Origin: Elsinoe ampelina
Lineage: Eukaryota
NCBI GenBank assembly: GCA_010093995.1
Contig: ML992505.1
Location: 1,257,147-1,321,146 of the forward strand
Length of the DNA: 64,000 nt
Direction of reading: 5' to 3'
The notes beneath the pieces were generated by a model. It had not been told where the DNA came from. It saw only the letters and a program-made list of their open reading frames with translations, and made no database searches. A program made the translations under genes and the position numbers. Below are positions 23,683 to 36,842 of the stretch, in pieces (the first letter of the stretch is position 1; the number at the start of each line of letters is the position of its first letter).

Positions 23683-26600
23683 ATGGACGTCCAGACACCA
23701 GACATGAATCAAGCAGAGCACGATCAAGACGCAGCTGGCGTCAGTCAATCGATGGATAGCGCCACTGCAGAGACTTCTGATGCTGCTGCATCAACTACCT
23801 CAATGTCTACCCCAGGCAGCGTGCCTACCATTCTTACGGTACCAGAGAGCACTCTTGGTGGTGAAGGTTTGTATGCGCAAGCTGAGACCAGCGGATCGAA
23901 GCTGGAACCAGAAGTCAAGTCCATATCCGTCAACACCACTGGCTCGGTTGAGTCTGAGGATGCAATCAGCGATGATGGTGATTCCAAAGCGAACGATAGT
24001 GATAGCTCTGGTTGGGGATTCACCGAAGATGATGGCGATCTTGACGCAGCAAAACAATACCGGAAACATCGCATGGGGCAATCCTTGCTCTGGAACTTCG
24101 ACATCGACCTCCGTCTCAAACACCTCGAATCTGATCTTGCTGATCTTCAAGGCAAGCCCGACCTGAAGCCAGTCTCAGAGACATCGCAAGAACCAGAGCA
24201 CGAACCCAGTATCAAGACCATGTCATGGGACGAATTTCGTCCGCCAGAAGCCCCGAAACGGAAGGACGACGAGCCCGGGAAACAGCACAAATATAGACAT
24301 GATCCACGTCAAGGGCACGTCATTGAAGTATTGAGGGAAGAGCCAGACCAGTCAATGTTGAGGGGCTCGACAAGGGTCGGGCTCACGGGTCCTACGATGC
24401 AGTCTAGTGCCGCTGCTGTCAAATCTGACACTGTACCGAGGGGATCAGATACAAGTAGTCACCCAAAATCTTCCAGCTGCGCACCAGCAAGGATTAGAAT
24501 TCGCTCTCGCCCAGTACTGGAACACCTAGCGGACGTGGGAGGGTTTGTTCTGGGCGAAAACACCTTCAAGCTGGTCATACGTCGCCCGTTCAAAACACTC
24601 TGCATCTTCGAAGAAAAGATCAGGCAAAGACTTGATGAACTGGAACAAAAGTACGCCGCAGTCCTGGACTCTGCCCACGATGAACCGAATGCCGCTCCAC
24701 CGGATGAGAAGCAAAGAGATGTCCCCGAGCTACTCGTACCCCCGACTAAAGTCAAAGGAGCCTCCAAAAAACTGAAGCGAGGGCATACCAAGGACAAATC
24801 GAAAGCCAAGCCACAAGATCCCACACCGGGCAAGTGGTCACCAGTTGCGCTGCAGCACTTTCGGCTCCTGGTACGATTCATGGATGAGCATCTGAAGGAC
24901 CTCTTCATGCTTAGAAAACGTATCAAGGAGCACGCCGTTGATGCTATTGCTTTCGATGACCTTTGGCATTTGTTTCATTATACCCAGGAAGTATTCAATC
25001 CGAGTCGGCAAGAGATCAAAAGTGGCGTCTACAGGGTACTTTACTTCACAGGAGGTCGCACACTCTTGACTATGAGGCTCGGACCTCCATCACATAGCTT
25101 CATCAAGGACCTAGAATCGGGAGGCTGGCACGGTGCTTTTGGAGTCCAGTGCTGGAGATTGGAGTACGATGGAGACGCATTCGTGCCGACATCAAAGACT
25201 TTTGGGATACGTCGCTATGGAGGGTTGAGGGAGATAACAAGTCTTCCGATTTTCCCACTGTCCTACCACAAGAACTCGGCCGAAGTTCGTCGGGAAATGA
25301 TCGAGAGGGGTGATAGATACATCAAATATGCTGTTGGCAACAAGCACACTCATCTCAAATACCTAGGCCCAGATTTTAGCGACGATCGTCAACATCAACA
25401 GGTGGGTCTCGTATAAGATGAAAGGATTGTGGCTGACGGCCTTAGATCGACTCTGAAGTGATTGTGGATTTCAAGGAAGCCTATGCGGGTCACCCTTGGA
25501 GTCCCGAGATGATTGACATCGACGAAGACATTATCACTCCGGACTGGCGCGAGACAATTGAGGACGTAGTGAAGAACCCGCATTGCAAGGTGACAGGCTG
25601 CTGCACCATGGATCTGATCCATTCCGACTCGCAGACAGACGACGAGGTATGGAGCGAGGTTTTCAGGGGTACGCACAGGGATGCATTGGACTCGCGGAAC
25701 GCTATCGAGTCGGAAGATGACAAAATGCTTCTTCCAGGCCATGTCTACGGCTATGTCCTGCGCAATCGGACCTGGGCGAAGTTGAGCACTTCACCAGCAC
25801 GTTTACGTAGTGTTGAAGGTCGTAACAGATGGGATGATCTCGTGATCCCGAGATCGAACAAACGGACCATTGAAGCTCTGGTGCAGCGCCACATACAGAG
25901 AGCAGAACGGGACAAGTCTAGCGAGACATCCGGTCAATCTGACAGTTTCATCAGTGGCAAGGGTCGCGGATTGGTATTCCTACTCCACGGACCACCAGGT
26001 CAGTCCTTCTTACACCGACCCTATGCCATACTAACAGAACGAAGGTGTCGGCAAGACGTCAACAGCAGAGTGTATCTCCATACAGACAAAGCTTCCGTTG
26101 TACCAGCTTACATCTGGCAATCTAGGTGTTTTGCCCGATGACATAGAGCGTCGACTTGAGAAGCATTTCGCTCTGGCCGCCAAATGGGGGTGTATATTGC
26201 TGCTTGACGAGGCCGATGTCTTCCTGCAGCAGAGACACCAGGCTCAGCTCAAGATTAATGCTATTGTCTCAGTTTTCCTGCGTCAGTTGGAATACTATCC
26301 CGGAATTCTTTTTCTCACCACCAACAGAGTGGGGGACATTGATCGTGCCTTCATGTCCCGCATACACATGGCAGTTCAATACGAGCCATTCTCCTTGAAG
26401 ACTACCTTGAAGATATACAAGATGCAGCTCAGGATCTTGGAAACCGCATTCGCTTCCAAGAACATACCCTTCAGAGTCAAGCAGAAGGAGATAATGGCAT
26501 TCGCAGAGAAGCAGTACGCAGAGCGAGGGCAGAAGAGGATACAATGGAATGGTCGTCAGATTTACAATGCATGCCAGACGGCCGTGGCTCTTGCAGAATG

Positions 26601-27279
26601 GGACAGCCAGGAACGCGCCGAGAAAAAAGCCGCGAAAGCTCGCCTCACAAAAGACTCCCCCCAAGCGCAAGACGGTTCGGCCTCACCATCCAAGCTCAAA
26701 ATCTCCCGTGTGACGCTTGAGAGGGAACATTTCGAGCGCGTCTCCAAAGCCTCCGACGAGTTCGAAGACTACGTCAACAGCCTCAGCGGCGCTGAATACG
26801 CCATGGCCGAACGCGAACGCACACGCTACGACTACGGGGCGCCGCAGGTCTCACGGGGCAACTCCTACTTCCGCAATCCGCCAGTCACGCCACAGCAGAC
26901 GCCGAAGCTGTCGCAGCAGCAGCAAGGGGATTGGCCGTCCGAAGTCGAGGCGAAAGCCAACACGAGCACCAAGAAATCCAGCCGTGGCAAGAGCGGCAAA
27001 AGCGCCGTCGAGGATGACACATCCGGGTCGGAGCGCAAAGGGAAGGCGAAGAAGAAGGGAAAGAAGAAGATCGCGAAGAAGGACGCAAAGGAAGAGACCG
27101 AGACCGAGGACGACTCGGAGTCGGACGATGAATCCGACGGATCTGATGAGTCCAGATCCACGACCTCGAGCGAGTCGGATGAGTCCGACGCGTCCGAAGA
27201 GTCAGACACAGAGAAGAAAGCGACCAAGAAGTCCAGCGGCAAAAAGAAGAGGCGAGGCAGCGCGCCCGACACCAAGTAG
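23683..27279 (+). CDS. Large fungal AAA+ ATPase (DUF7025-type N-terminal region, AAA core, lid, charged tail)
   Basis: Introns 25402-25445 and 25999-26044; IAFDDLWHLF, WDDLVIP, GKGRGLVFLLHGPPGVGKTSTAE (Walker A), LLLDEADVFL (Walker B), LTTNR, AFMSRI, WNGRQIYNACQTA. Confidence 0.9.
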
Positions 27280-27442
27280 GCCCCGTCGGCCTGCATGATG
27301 ACTGCTTTGCCCTGCCTGCCCGGCCTTCTTCATCACGAGAAATACGCGAATCGAAACGACAGCAGATACAAGCATCAATTCATCCTCCTTTGCCAATCCA
27401 CTCCACCGACCATCCATCGCTATACCCTCAACCAACCGGATG

Positions 27443-30296
27443 TCACCGCCTATCCAAACTCCCCCTCCCACCAACCTCATCCGGCGTCCCCGCCCTCCTA
27501 AACCCCCCCTCCCTCTTGAAAAACTTCCCAATATTCCTCAAATTCTCATTCAAACTCCCACTGCCCCCTATCCCTCCCTCACCCACCGCACCCGTCCCCA
27601 TCCCCGTCCCCAACCCCGGCGGCGGGGGCGTCGCACTCCTCCCCCCGAACCCACCGCCCGCGGACAATGCAGGGCTGCCGAACCTGTTATCAACGGCACT
27701 CACCCCGTCACGGGCGGCAGTGAGGAGCTTCTCCCCTAGCGAGGAGGGGTCAAAGCGCCCTTGCGACTGCGCCGTGGCGAGGGCAGGGGTACTGCTCATG
27801 CCGCCGGGGTGCATGCCTAGCGCTGAGAAATTCAAGCTGACGTTGCGGCTGGACTCGGCGGTGTTGAGGGCTGTGATGCTGCCCGAGGGGCCGTGGGAGG
27901 AGGGGTTGGTGAGGTGGAGACCCGCGAGGACGGGGGAAGAGTCGAGGAGGGCGTTGCCTGGTGTGGTGTAGCTGGGGGAGTCTTTGTGGGCGTTGAAGAG
28001 CTCGATGAGGGAGTTGGTCTCGTTGCGCGAGCGGATGCCTTTGAGGTCGAGGATTTTGCGGAAGTTGGGCTCGGAGCGGTCGTGGATGTGGATGAGGTAG
28101 GCTTGGACGAGAGCTTCGGGGGGTGAAGGGTTGACTTGGAGGGTTTTGAGGAGGGGATCGAGGCGGGACATGGCTGTGGTCACGCGCTTGGGCAAGTTGG
28201 GGTTGCGAGGCGGAGGAGGGGCGGAGGTGGTTGGACTTGTGGCAGATGCAGTGGCGGGCTGGCCTAGTGCGTTGAGACTGAGTAGACCTGACTTGAGCGC
28301 ATAGGAGTCGAGAAGCATCTGCTCAGCACCAGATTCTGAGATTGGCCTGCAAGAGACGATATTGGCGATATAGGCGGTGATCAGTGCATCCACCAGATTG
28401 TCCGTGAACGCCCGAGCATACTGAGGCTTCTGAATATGGGTGAGGACTTGTGACGACCTGTCCTTCATGCGCTGGATGAGAGAAGTCATGAAACCGGACT
28501 GGTCACCCACAGACGGTAGCTTTGACCAGGTGATGTTTCTCATCTCACGCCACGCAGGCTCGCAATCGACCTCGACCTTGCGGACGAAGGTGCGTACAGA
28601 CGTCGAAGCTATGCCCATGAAAGCATCAGCCTGCGACTGCAGATCGACTTGCTCCTTGAACTCCTCATCGATGCGAGATCTGATCCGGTCTTCCAGTTGT
28701 CCAGTCGTCTGGTAGCAGTAATCCGCTGTGTTAAGAATAATACAGATGTCTTCGATCGATGGACCCGATGGACCTGCTCGCTCAGCCAGGAAGAAGAACA
28801 AGACTTGCTGGCAGTATTGATCCAGATACTTGCCGAATGTCTTCGATAACTCCAGTAGCTTCGAGCCAGTGGATAGCTTCGCACACTGTGCCAGCGTGAC
28901 CCTATAAGTATTGAACAGCTCCGTCGAAGAAGGAATGACCATCTGCGAATGGTACTCCTCATCCGGATTCCGTATCGGCTGCTGTCGATACTTTGGCACC
29001 AGCATAGACAATTGCCTATCATGGTCAGCCACTCTCCTCTCCCACTCTTAAATCTCCCATACCTATCCTGACTCTCCACCCAAATACTCAAATACGGCTC
29101 AAACGCCTCTGAAATCGCCTGCGTAAACCCCTGCTTCCTCCCCTCCCTCTCCCTCCCCTCCACCAAACTATCCATACTCACTCTCCCCTCCCTCCCCTCA
29201 AACCTCCTCTCCAACCCATTCTCAAACTCCAACGTCTCTTGTAAACAACTCAACAAAAGCCCCACGTCCGGCATCACCCCGTCGTTCCGCCGCATGCTCT
29301 TCTCCAAAATCCCCTTGTAATCCTCCCTCGTGCCCTCGCAGAATGCGTTCGCCAGCATCTCATCCACCCTCCACTCCTGGGGAAACAACCCCTTGTGTTC
29401 CGCGTCGTACGTCTTGAGCAGCCTCCCGAACCAGCTATACCGCCGCGCAATATTGTCCAGGTTTCCCGCCTCTTCACTCCCCCTGAAAACCTGCCGATAC
29501 TCCCTCAGTTGCGTATTGCAGTACCAATTCACCACCCTTAGCCGCGCGTACTCCCCCAACGCATCCACCACCGTGCACGCCTCCCCCAGCATCCCCTTTT
29601 TGGTAGCGACTTCCCCCTTGGCGAACGCAATCTCAAAGTCCTCGCACACCTGCTCCAACAGACTCCGCTGGAGGTCCGCGACACCCTTGCTCAACTCGGC
29701 GATCTGGCCAATGCTGCGGTAGGATTTGAAATGGGCCATGAGCTGGATGACGGCGGCAAGGAGGCCGGCGCATTCTTTGTATTGACGACTGCCTTTGAGG
29801 GCGCGGAGTTGTTCGTAGGCGGACGTGAGCATTTGGAGGCGTTTGAGCGTCGTCATGCTGTGGGTGAGGTTGCGCTTGGTGTTGTCGAGGCGTTTGATCT
29901 CGGAGGTCATGGTGGTGATGCTTTCTTCGGTCGAAAGGGCACGGGATTGGACGGATTCAATCTGGGAGAAGAGAGTGGTGAGGGTGCGTTGGGCGGATTG
30001 GATGCGGGAGAGGGCGAGAGCGTCGGTTTGGCGTTGGGTGCTGAGGCGGGTGGAGAGGGTGTGGTCGAGGGCATGTTGGTGGTTGGTGAGGGTGGTGGTG
30101 ATGCGTGGGAGGGAGGACAGATGAGTAGGGTGGGAGAAAAGGGCGTTGAGGTGGTCGATTGGGTTGTAGTCGACTAGGATGGTCAGTATGGGAGAGGTTG
30201 GACTGGGGGGTTGCAGCTTCGAAAGAGAGTGTGAAGGGCGGAGAGCTTACCTGCGTCGAAGGCATCATTCGACGGTGGGATATCTACCTCTGGCAT
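27443..30296 (-). CDS. VPS53: GARP complex subunit Vps53
   Basis: Short exon 1, then DYNPIDHLN, IKRLDNTKRNLT.SMTTLKRLQMLT.AYEQL, EAGNLDNIARRYSWF, ISEAFEPYLSIW, SSTELF, ILNTADYC, GAEQMLLD; two introns. Confidence 0.93.
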
Positions 30297-30648
30297 GATG
30301 AAGGCACAGACAGGTCATACTAGTAAAGGAAGGGTGCTTATCAGCCACGGACAAAGAGCAATTGCTCGTGCGGTGTAAACGTGAGGTTGAACTTGTGCAC
30401 ACATGTCAGCCCGGAGCTTTGCGGCTCTGCGGACAACTGGCCGCACATGGACGTTCATAAAGTCCTAGCAGGGGCAGACAACAGATAAACAAAAGTTGTA
30501 GCATTCAAGGTGTCAAGAGGTATCATTACTATGAATCATCCGGCCCAATATACAATGCCAAAAGCAGATTCCTTTTTTCAAAAACGCATATACATGACTA
30601 TGACCGTCCCAATGTATTAATACCGCGTTTCTCGCCCATAAATACAGT

Positions 30649-33600
30649 CTAATAATCATACGTGCTCTCGTAGCCCAAATGACTGGAAGACCTCACGTGT
30701 GTATTTGCGTAAGGCTTGTTCCAGTTGCCAGAGTTGACATCTGGGCTGCCGTTGACGCTGTTCCGGCTGCCTCCGTAGCCAGTGCCGTATACAGTCGTCT
30801 TCATGCGCCTTTCGTGCTCAAAGTCGGCCCATCTCTTCATCGTGATTTTGGAGCTGTCGAACTCGCCGTCCTCTTCATGTCCGCCCTTTGTCTTCTCGCC
30901 ATCAGTCTTACGAGTATCACCCCACGAGAAGTCGTCAAACTTCCAGAATGCGTAGACTGGTAAGATGAAATTCCAGATTGGTAGCGAGAGAAGGTAGACA
31001 CCCATCCAGAGGACATACGACCAGCGATGAGCAGTAATGACAATCAAAATGGCGGGTAGACCAAGAATGAGGGCCAGCAAGATGAGTGGAATGACTGGGA
31101 TTGCACCACCGGTGACGGCAGCGATGATAGAGATTACGACTAGTAAGATGTTAGCAATGCGCAAATGATCATTCAATTGGACTTCACTTACTGAGGTAGA
31201 TGGTGAAACTGATAGCGGCAGGCAAGACAAGTGTTCCGACAAGCTCGATGAAGACGACAAACTGCATGGAAAAGCAGAAAGTACCACAAAGATCTCGTAC
31301 AAGAACCAGCTCCATGAGATTGTGTACAGTCGAGTTGATCCAGCGACGTCGTTGAGATAGGAGAACAGAGAATTGGTCGGGGACCGTGGTCTTGCACACT
31401 CCTTGGGGTACGAAGACCTGCTTGCGCTTGGGGAATGTCCGGAGCATGAGAGTAGAGAGGTAACGATCCTCACCGAGCAAAAGCAAATTCTTCTTGTGCA
31501 GCGTGTCGACAACGTTCTCCGAGTAGTGCTCGACGACATCCGGGTTGGCCAAGATAGGTACCCAGTAGTTTTGACCACCTTTTGGCGCCTTGATTCGGTA
31601 CATGCAGAAACATCCAGGAAGACAAGTGACACCACCAAAGACGGATTCGAAAGACTTTGAGAGATGATGGGAGATGAAGTACTCGAAGACCTGAATCATA
31701 GACACCCATGACTGGCGCTTGTTGGCGATCTTGGTCTCGCCGCAGAGGCCCATAATCTCTGGGTCCTTGACCATCGTGGATATCATGTGTGTCAAACAGT
31801 CAGGGAAGACCTTTGTATCGGCGTCGACCATGAGAACAATTTCGTAAAAGTCGGGAGACATGCCAGTAATCTTGTAGATACCGTTGAACATTTCGTACTC
31901 GAGCTCGGTCATGCGTTCGTCGAACATAACCTTCTGGAGGAAGGACATGAGAATGATCTGCGAGTCGCGTTTACCACGGTTGCCGGGCTTGGACTTCATC
32001 TCTTCCTCGGGAGTTCCGCACTTGACAACAACGAGCATGGGAACACGCTGCTGCTTCTCGACAGGAATCATGGAGTCCTCGCCGTAATCGTAGAAACCAG
32101 AGTAGATCTTTGCCATGTTGTGACGTTTGGACCCAGAAGCCACTGCGACATACGAGTATGGTTGAACCTCATCAGGAAGAATGGTGTGATCCTTCATCAT
32201 GGATAAACAAGCTTCGGGTGTGGTCATGCTCTCACCCTTTCCTTTGATGATACCATCGCAGACCATGAAGATGAGCTTGTGGCTGTTGGGATATTCTGTG
32301 GTCGCGATCGAGTCGAGGGTGGTACGGATACCTTCGGGTCCTTCGGAGTAGGCTGTGACCAAGCACATTGTGTGAGCAAGAGGATATCCGAACGGCTGCC
32401 ACTCTGGAGGAGGCTGGGGAACAACCGCTTCGTTGATGAAGCCCTGGGGACCTGGACCTTCGGCACCGAGCACACTAGAATAGCGCTTCTCGGTAGGCAT
32501 GAGACTGATGCGAGATTCTTCCTTGGACATGTCGCCGTAAGTCGGAAGAGTCGTCTCACTGCGGTTAGAGCCATACATCCCGCTTGAGACAAGGCGGGAG
32601 GACGAGTTTTGGCTGGCCATGGTCGTAGGAGCAAGCTTGTTGCTCTTTGCCAAACTTTTCTCGATCGCGTAAGGACTGGTGAAACGGGAGGTGGTCGGCA
32701 AAAAGCTGTTGCGCTTGTTTGATCTGTCACTGAGTCCGGTGTTGATGTCAGTAAGCTTTGGAGGCGGGCGGTAGATATCATCAGCCCAAGCCTCGATCTC
32801 TTGCTTTCGCTGTTTGTTGTCTTTTCCGAGAGCCGATCTGTCTGCCGCGTATTTGTGGCACAAGAACCACTGGAAGATGAGGGCAAGTAGGAATTTGCTC
32901 ACTACAATGGACAGAATGAAGACCAGAGATACGTAAAGCACGACCTTGGAGGCAATGCAGCCGACGATTTCGGTGTCGATAGAGCCGACCTTGATGATCT
33001 CCTGGAAGCACTCTGCAATCGCCTTGTCAGATGTGGAGGAGAATGCGTAGGTTACATCAACACCCCTGACTGCCGGATTCGTGCGAATCTCGTTGAAGCG
33101 TTGAGGATACTGCACTTGGGTGTTATTGAACCAGAGAAGCAAATCCAAGTCGAGAACATCGCCATTGTAGACCATGAGGTTGCGGCTGCCATTCTTGATG
33201 TCGTCCCAAGTGAAGTAGACATCACCGGAATTTTCCAGGCCGTAGAAAGCATCTCGAGAAGATCGAGAAGTGTGGCAAGCCCAACCAAAGTAGAAACGAT
33301 CGGTGGTGTTTGGAGCAGAAGAGCCATCCTGGTTGAAGGTCTTGCAAGGGAAGTACCAGGCCATGTTGCCATCAGCGTCTGTTGGTACATCCGAGCCAGG
33401 CGCAGGAGTGATGATGTTCTTGCAAGCACCATTGACGTTCTGGAAGAGGAAGCTTCCGTCCTGGCCAGTGTGATTGCCATCTTCGAAATCGTACAGAACG
33501 TTTCCAAGGGACGCGATACCACGAGCATACGGATGCTTGGATCGTGTGAGATCGTACGCCAGACCGTGGTAAATCATGTAGCCCGGGCCAACTTGGTTGG

Positions 33601-34372
33601 ATCGGAGGCGGAGGGGACCACCATTGGGACAAACAGCCTGAGTGAAGCCAAAGGTCAAGAAACCGACAAAGGCGCAGATGCCAATGATTATGCTGATCAA
33701 GCCCATTTTCTCTCGCCAGGCGCGTTGCTGTGCCTTTTGAATCTTGCCGAAGCACTTGAGGATGAAGTCTGGACACCAGAAAGTGACAAGATGACAGTAG
33801 GTGATCCACAAGCTGGGAGCCTGGTTTGTCTGTTGTGCCTTCTTCTGACTTTTCTCCTCAGCTGTCATGTTTGGGTTTTGTGTGGGCTTTCGCTTGAGCT
33901 TCTTGCTTGGATCTCTTCCCATGTTTCCCCGCGTCTTTTCATTTTCGATGGTGTCGCTGCCATTTGGATGCAAGCTCTTGTATTCCATCTCATCCGAACT
34001 GACAGTCTCGGCCTCTGCCTCTTCCATCATTGGATCGGCTCCAGTCGTCGACGGTTGAACATTCATGTTCTGCGCATGCCGACGGTAGTGGTATTGTGGG
34101 TCGTTCTCGTCATATCGTCGTCGCTCTGGTCGGATCAAGCTGACCTTGCGCGAAAGGCCGCCATTGCCCGACATGTCGTGGCCGTGTGAGTCAGGCAGAG
34201 CCTTTCTCCGCACACTAGGACTGAGCGGTGCGAGTCGATCGTTGCTGTATTGCCTGCGATGGTCGTAGGGTGAGGATTCGACGTCTTCGGGACGGCGTCG
34301 TGGTGTCCTTGGCGAAGGGGCGGAACGCAGAGTCCGGTGTTGTTGATGGGGGGAGGTAGGATCGGATGACAT
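30649..34372 (-). CDS. CHS3: Class IV chitin synthase (yeast Chs3 type)
   Basis: AWREKMGL, cytochrome-b5-like region, [50 protein letters not shown]; intron 31191-31140; [10 protein letters not shown]. Confidence 0.95.
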
Positions 34373-36842
34373 GATGAAAGTTCCGTCAGGAGATTATTCG
34401 AGATTTAGTTGGGACCTGCAGGAGCGTCCAGACGGTTGGTCGGGCGGGAAGTGATTGCACCGGCCAGTCAGGGGATGTAGTATGTACAGTGAACGCCGCG
34501 AGATTATTGGATAGTGTTTGATAGCGAGGAATGCTGAAGAGCGAGTGCCGAAGCTATTACTGGACCAGAGTCCTCGAAGCGATGGACAAGCGATTAATGG
34601 TGAAGTGGTGTTTGGTGATGAATTCCACGGACGGCTTGACGACTTTCTAGCCTGACTCCCTTGCTTCAACCAATCACCTCCAGAGGCGACGGGATGAACA
34701 ATAACGAACGTGCAGGAAGAGAGGCAGAGGTCTGGAGGGTCTGAGCGAGAGTTGTGCAGACACAAACGAAACGGTCGATGGCAAAAAGAGTCGCAAGAGG
34801 CACATACGAGAAGGGGGGAGGTGAGTTTGGGACTTGGCTGCAGGACCGAGTGGGAAGGTTGCCCCGGCGCAACAGGCCGAGAGCCAAAATGGGGGCAAGA
34901 GATGGCCAAACACGATGAAAAAGTCGTCTTGCACCACACAAAATTGCTGCATCGCCCCAGATCAAGAGAGGTTCCGGCAGCCTTATTGTGGTGTAGCGGC
35001 ATGCAGATCTGCTCATCCCCCCGAAAATAGCCTTGTCGGGGATGCTCGCTCGTGTGAGAAAGTCATCTGTTGAGAGTCAAATACTACAGTGACGACAAAT
35101 GTCTTATTGACGGCTTTGTTCTCGAATTGGACATGTCGAAAACGAAGAAACGGGTCGTCGATCGACTGGAGAAGCAAGTCGCACCGCACTGAGGTGTCGC
35201 ACTGTCGTAGGGCCTTTTGTTTGGTTCTCCACAGTATTACAAACAGTCAGATCTGACTTGAGCTTCTCAGCCAATCACCGTGGAACGCCATCTCGTCGTG
35301 GCTTCATTCTTCTGAGCGGCGCAGACATGTCTCTGCCGGAGACGGTGGAGAAGTCTCGTCGTCACGGTAGCCACTCCACTAGACACTGAGTGTATATACC
35401 GATCTTCTTGACGGAAAATGCTCCGTATGCTGCCGTGTGTCAAGGCAAGGATACGATACAGATGGTTCTAATGGTGTGTGGCCCTAGCGTCATTTGTCGG
35501 CAAATTTCTTGTCACAACCAGCAGATCCTCATGAAAGACTAACGGGCCGGCCACTGGGCGCGTTCGTGTGGCTTTTCTCTCTGCCATCGCGTCTTCGAGT
35601 TTGGTTGGAAACGACATGCAAGTGTCATGTGTATGGTTGTTGTGTTCAAGCGGCGCCAGTAGTCAAGGCCTCATCAACGCGCCAGGCCCGGCTTTCCTCA
35701 CTACAATACGCAATCTATGGGGACGACAGAGTCATGCTTTACGATGGCTCCAGAACTCCCAGACTCTCGGGGTGGGTGAACCAGCAGCCCTTCCATCAAA
35801 ACCGCCCGTTGCCCTCGTTGCCGCATCTTCGGTCCAATGGTGTGGGACGCAGTTGCGACAAGGGCATAGTAGTCAACCCAAATACGAATGTCACCGTACA
35901 TCAAAAGTATGTTCCTGACGTGCGATGCGATGGAAGCTCCTCCCGCAGCTTCTGCAGATTTTCCAAACTCTGGCCGGAAACGCGCGGCGGGAAGCCTGGC
36001 AAAACAGTTCTCGATGCAAGAATGTTCGTTTACGCACGGGCAATTGGTCAGAAAATAGCTTTTTGGTGAACCCTGTCGCTGGCTAACTCACTGCAAGCTT
36101 GCACGGCGAGGTGCGGTCGCTGAGGTGCCATCCTTGCATGCCACGACAGACGGAAGCCAAAACTAACAGTGATGTGATTGAACCAATGCATGGCGGATCC
36201 CAAGCTCCGCGATCTTCCCTGCACAAGGCGTCTGGTGTGCATTACCTGTGAATCCGAGGCCGATCAAACACGACCTGCCTGAGCCTCTTTTGAGAACCAA
36301 AAGTGTTTCTCCCTTTGCGCCGTTGCCGTCGACTTCTCCTGCGCCGGTTCTCGATCCTCCCGCATCTCATCTCGCTGTCCTATTCTTTTCGAGACACTCT
36401 AGACAGCACTGCATTTCACTCTGCCTCTACCCTCCGCCTCGTCAGTTAAAACTCCGTCATTAATATCCACGACAGTGAGAGAGAGAAATTGCAGGATCCT
36501 GGCTCACTCGTTCAGCCAGCCTAGCCCCATCCCACGGTACCGATTGGCTCCCCTCCCTGGAACTGCACCACTGAGACCAGATTTGGTACCCACGAAACAC
36601 CTGGACCGCCTTCACTCACGTCACCGCCTAGCGAAAACTCTTGACTCTACCCACGACAGGTTCCGTCCTCTGACTTCCTAGTATACTTGACGAAAGGGCG
36701 AAAAACTTGGTGAAAGAGCGAGTCAGCCTGCGGGCAAACAAACTAAACGGCTTTGGACACAAACGCAGCCCTGCATCCAGCCGTGATATAGGCTTTGGAT
36801 CTCTCTAGCCCGCTGAAACCCCTTCAAACCAGAAGGCTTTCC

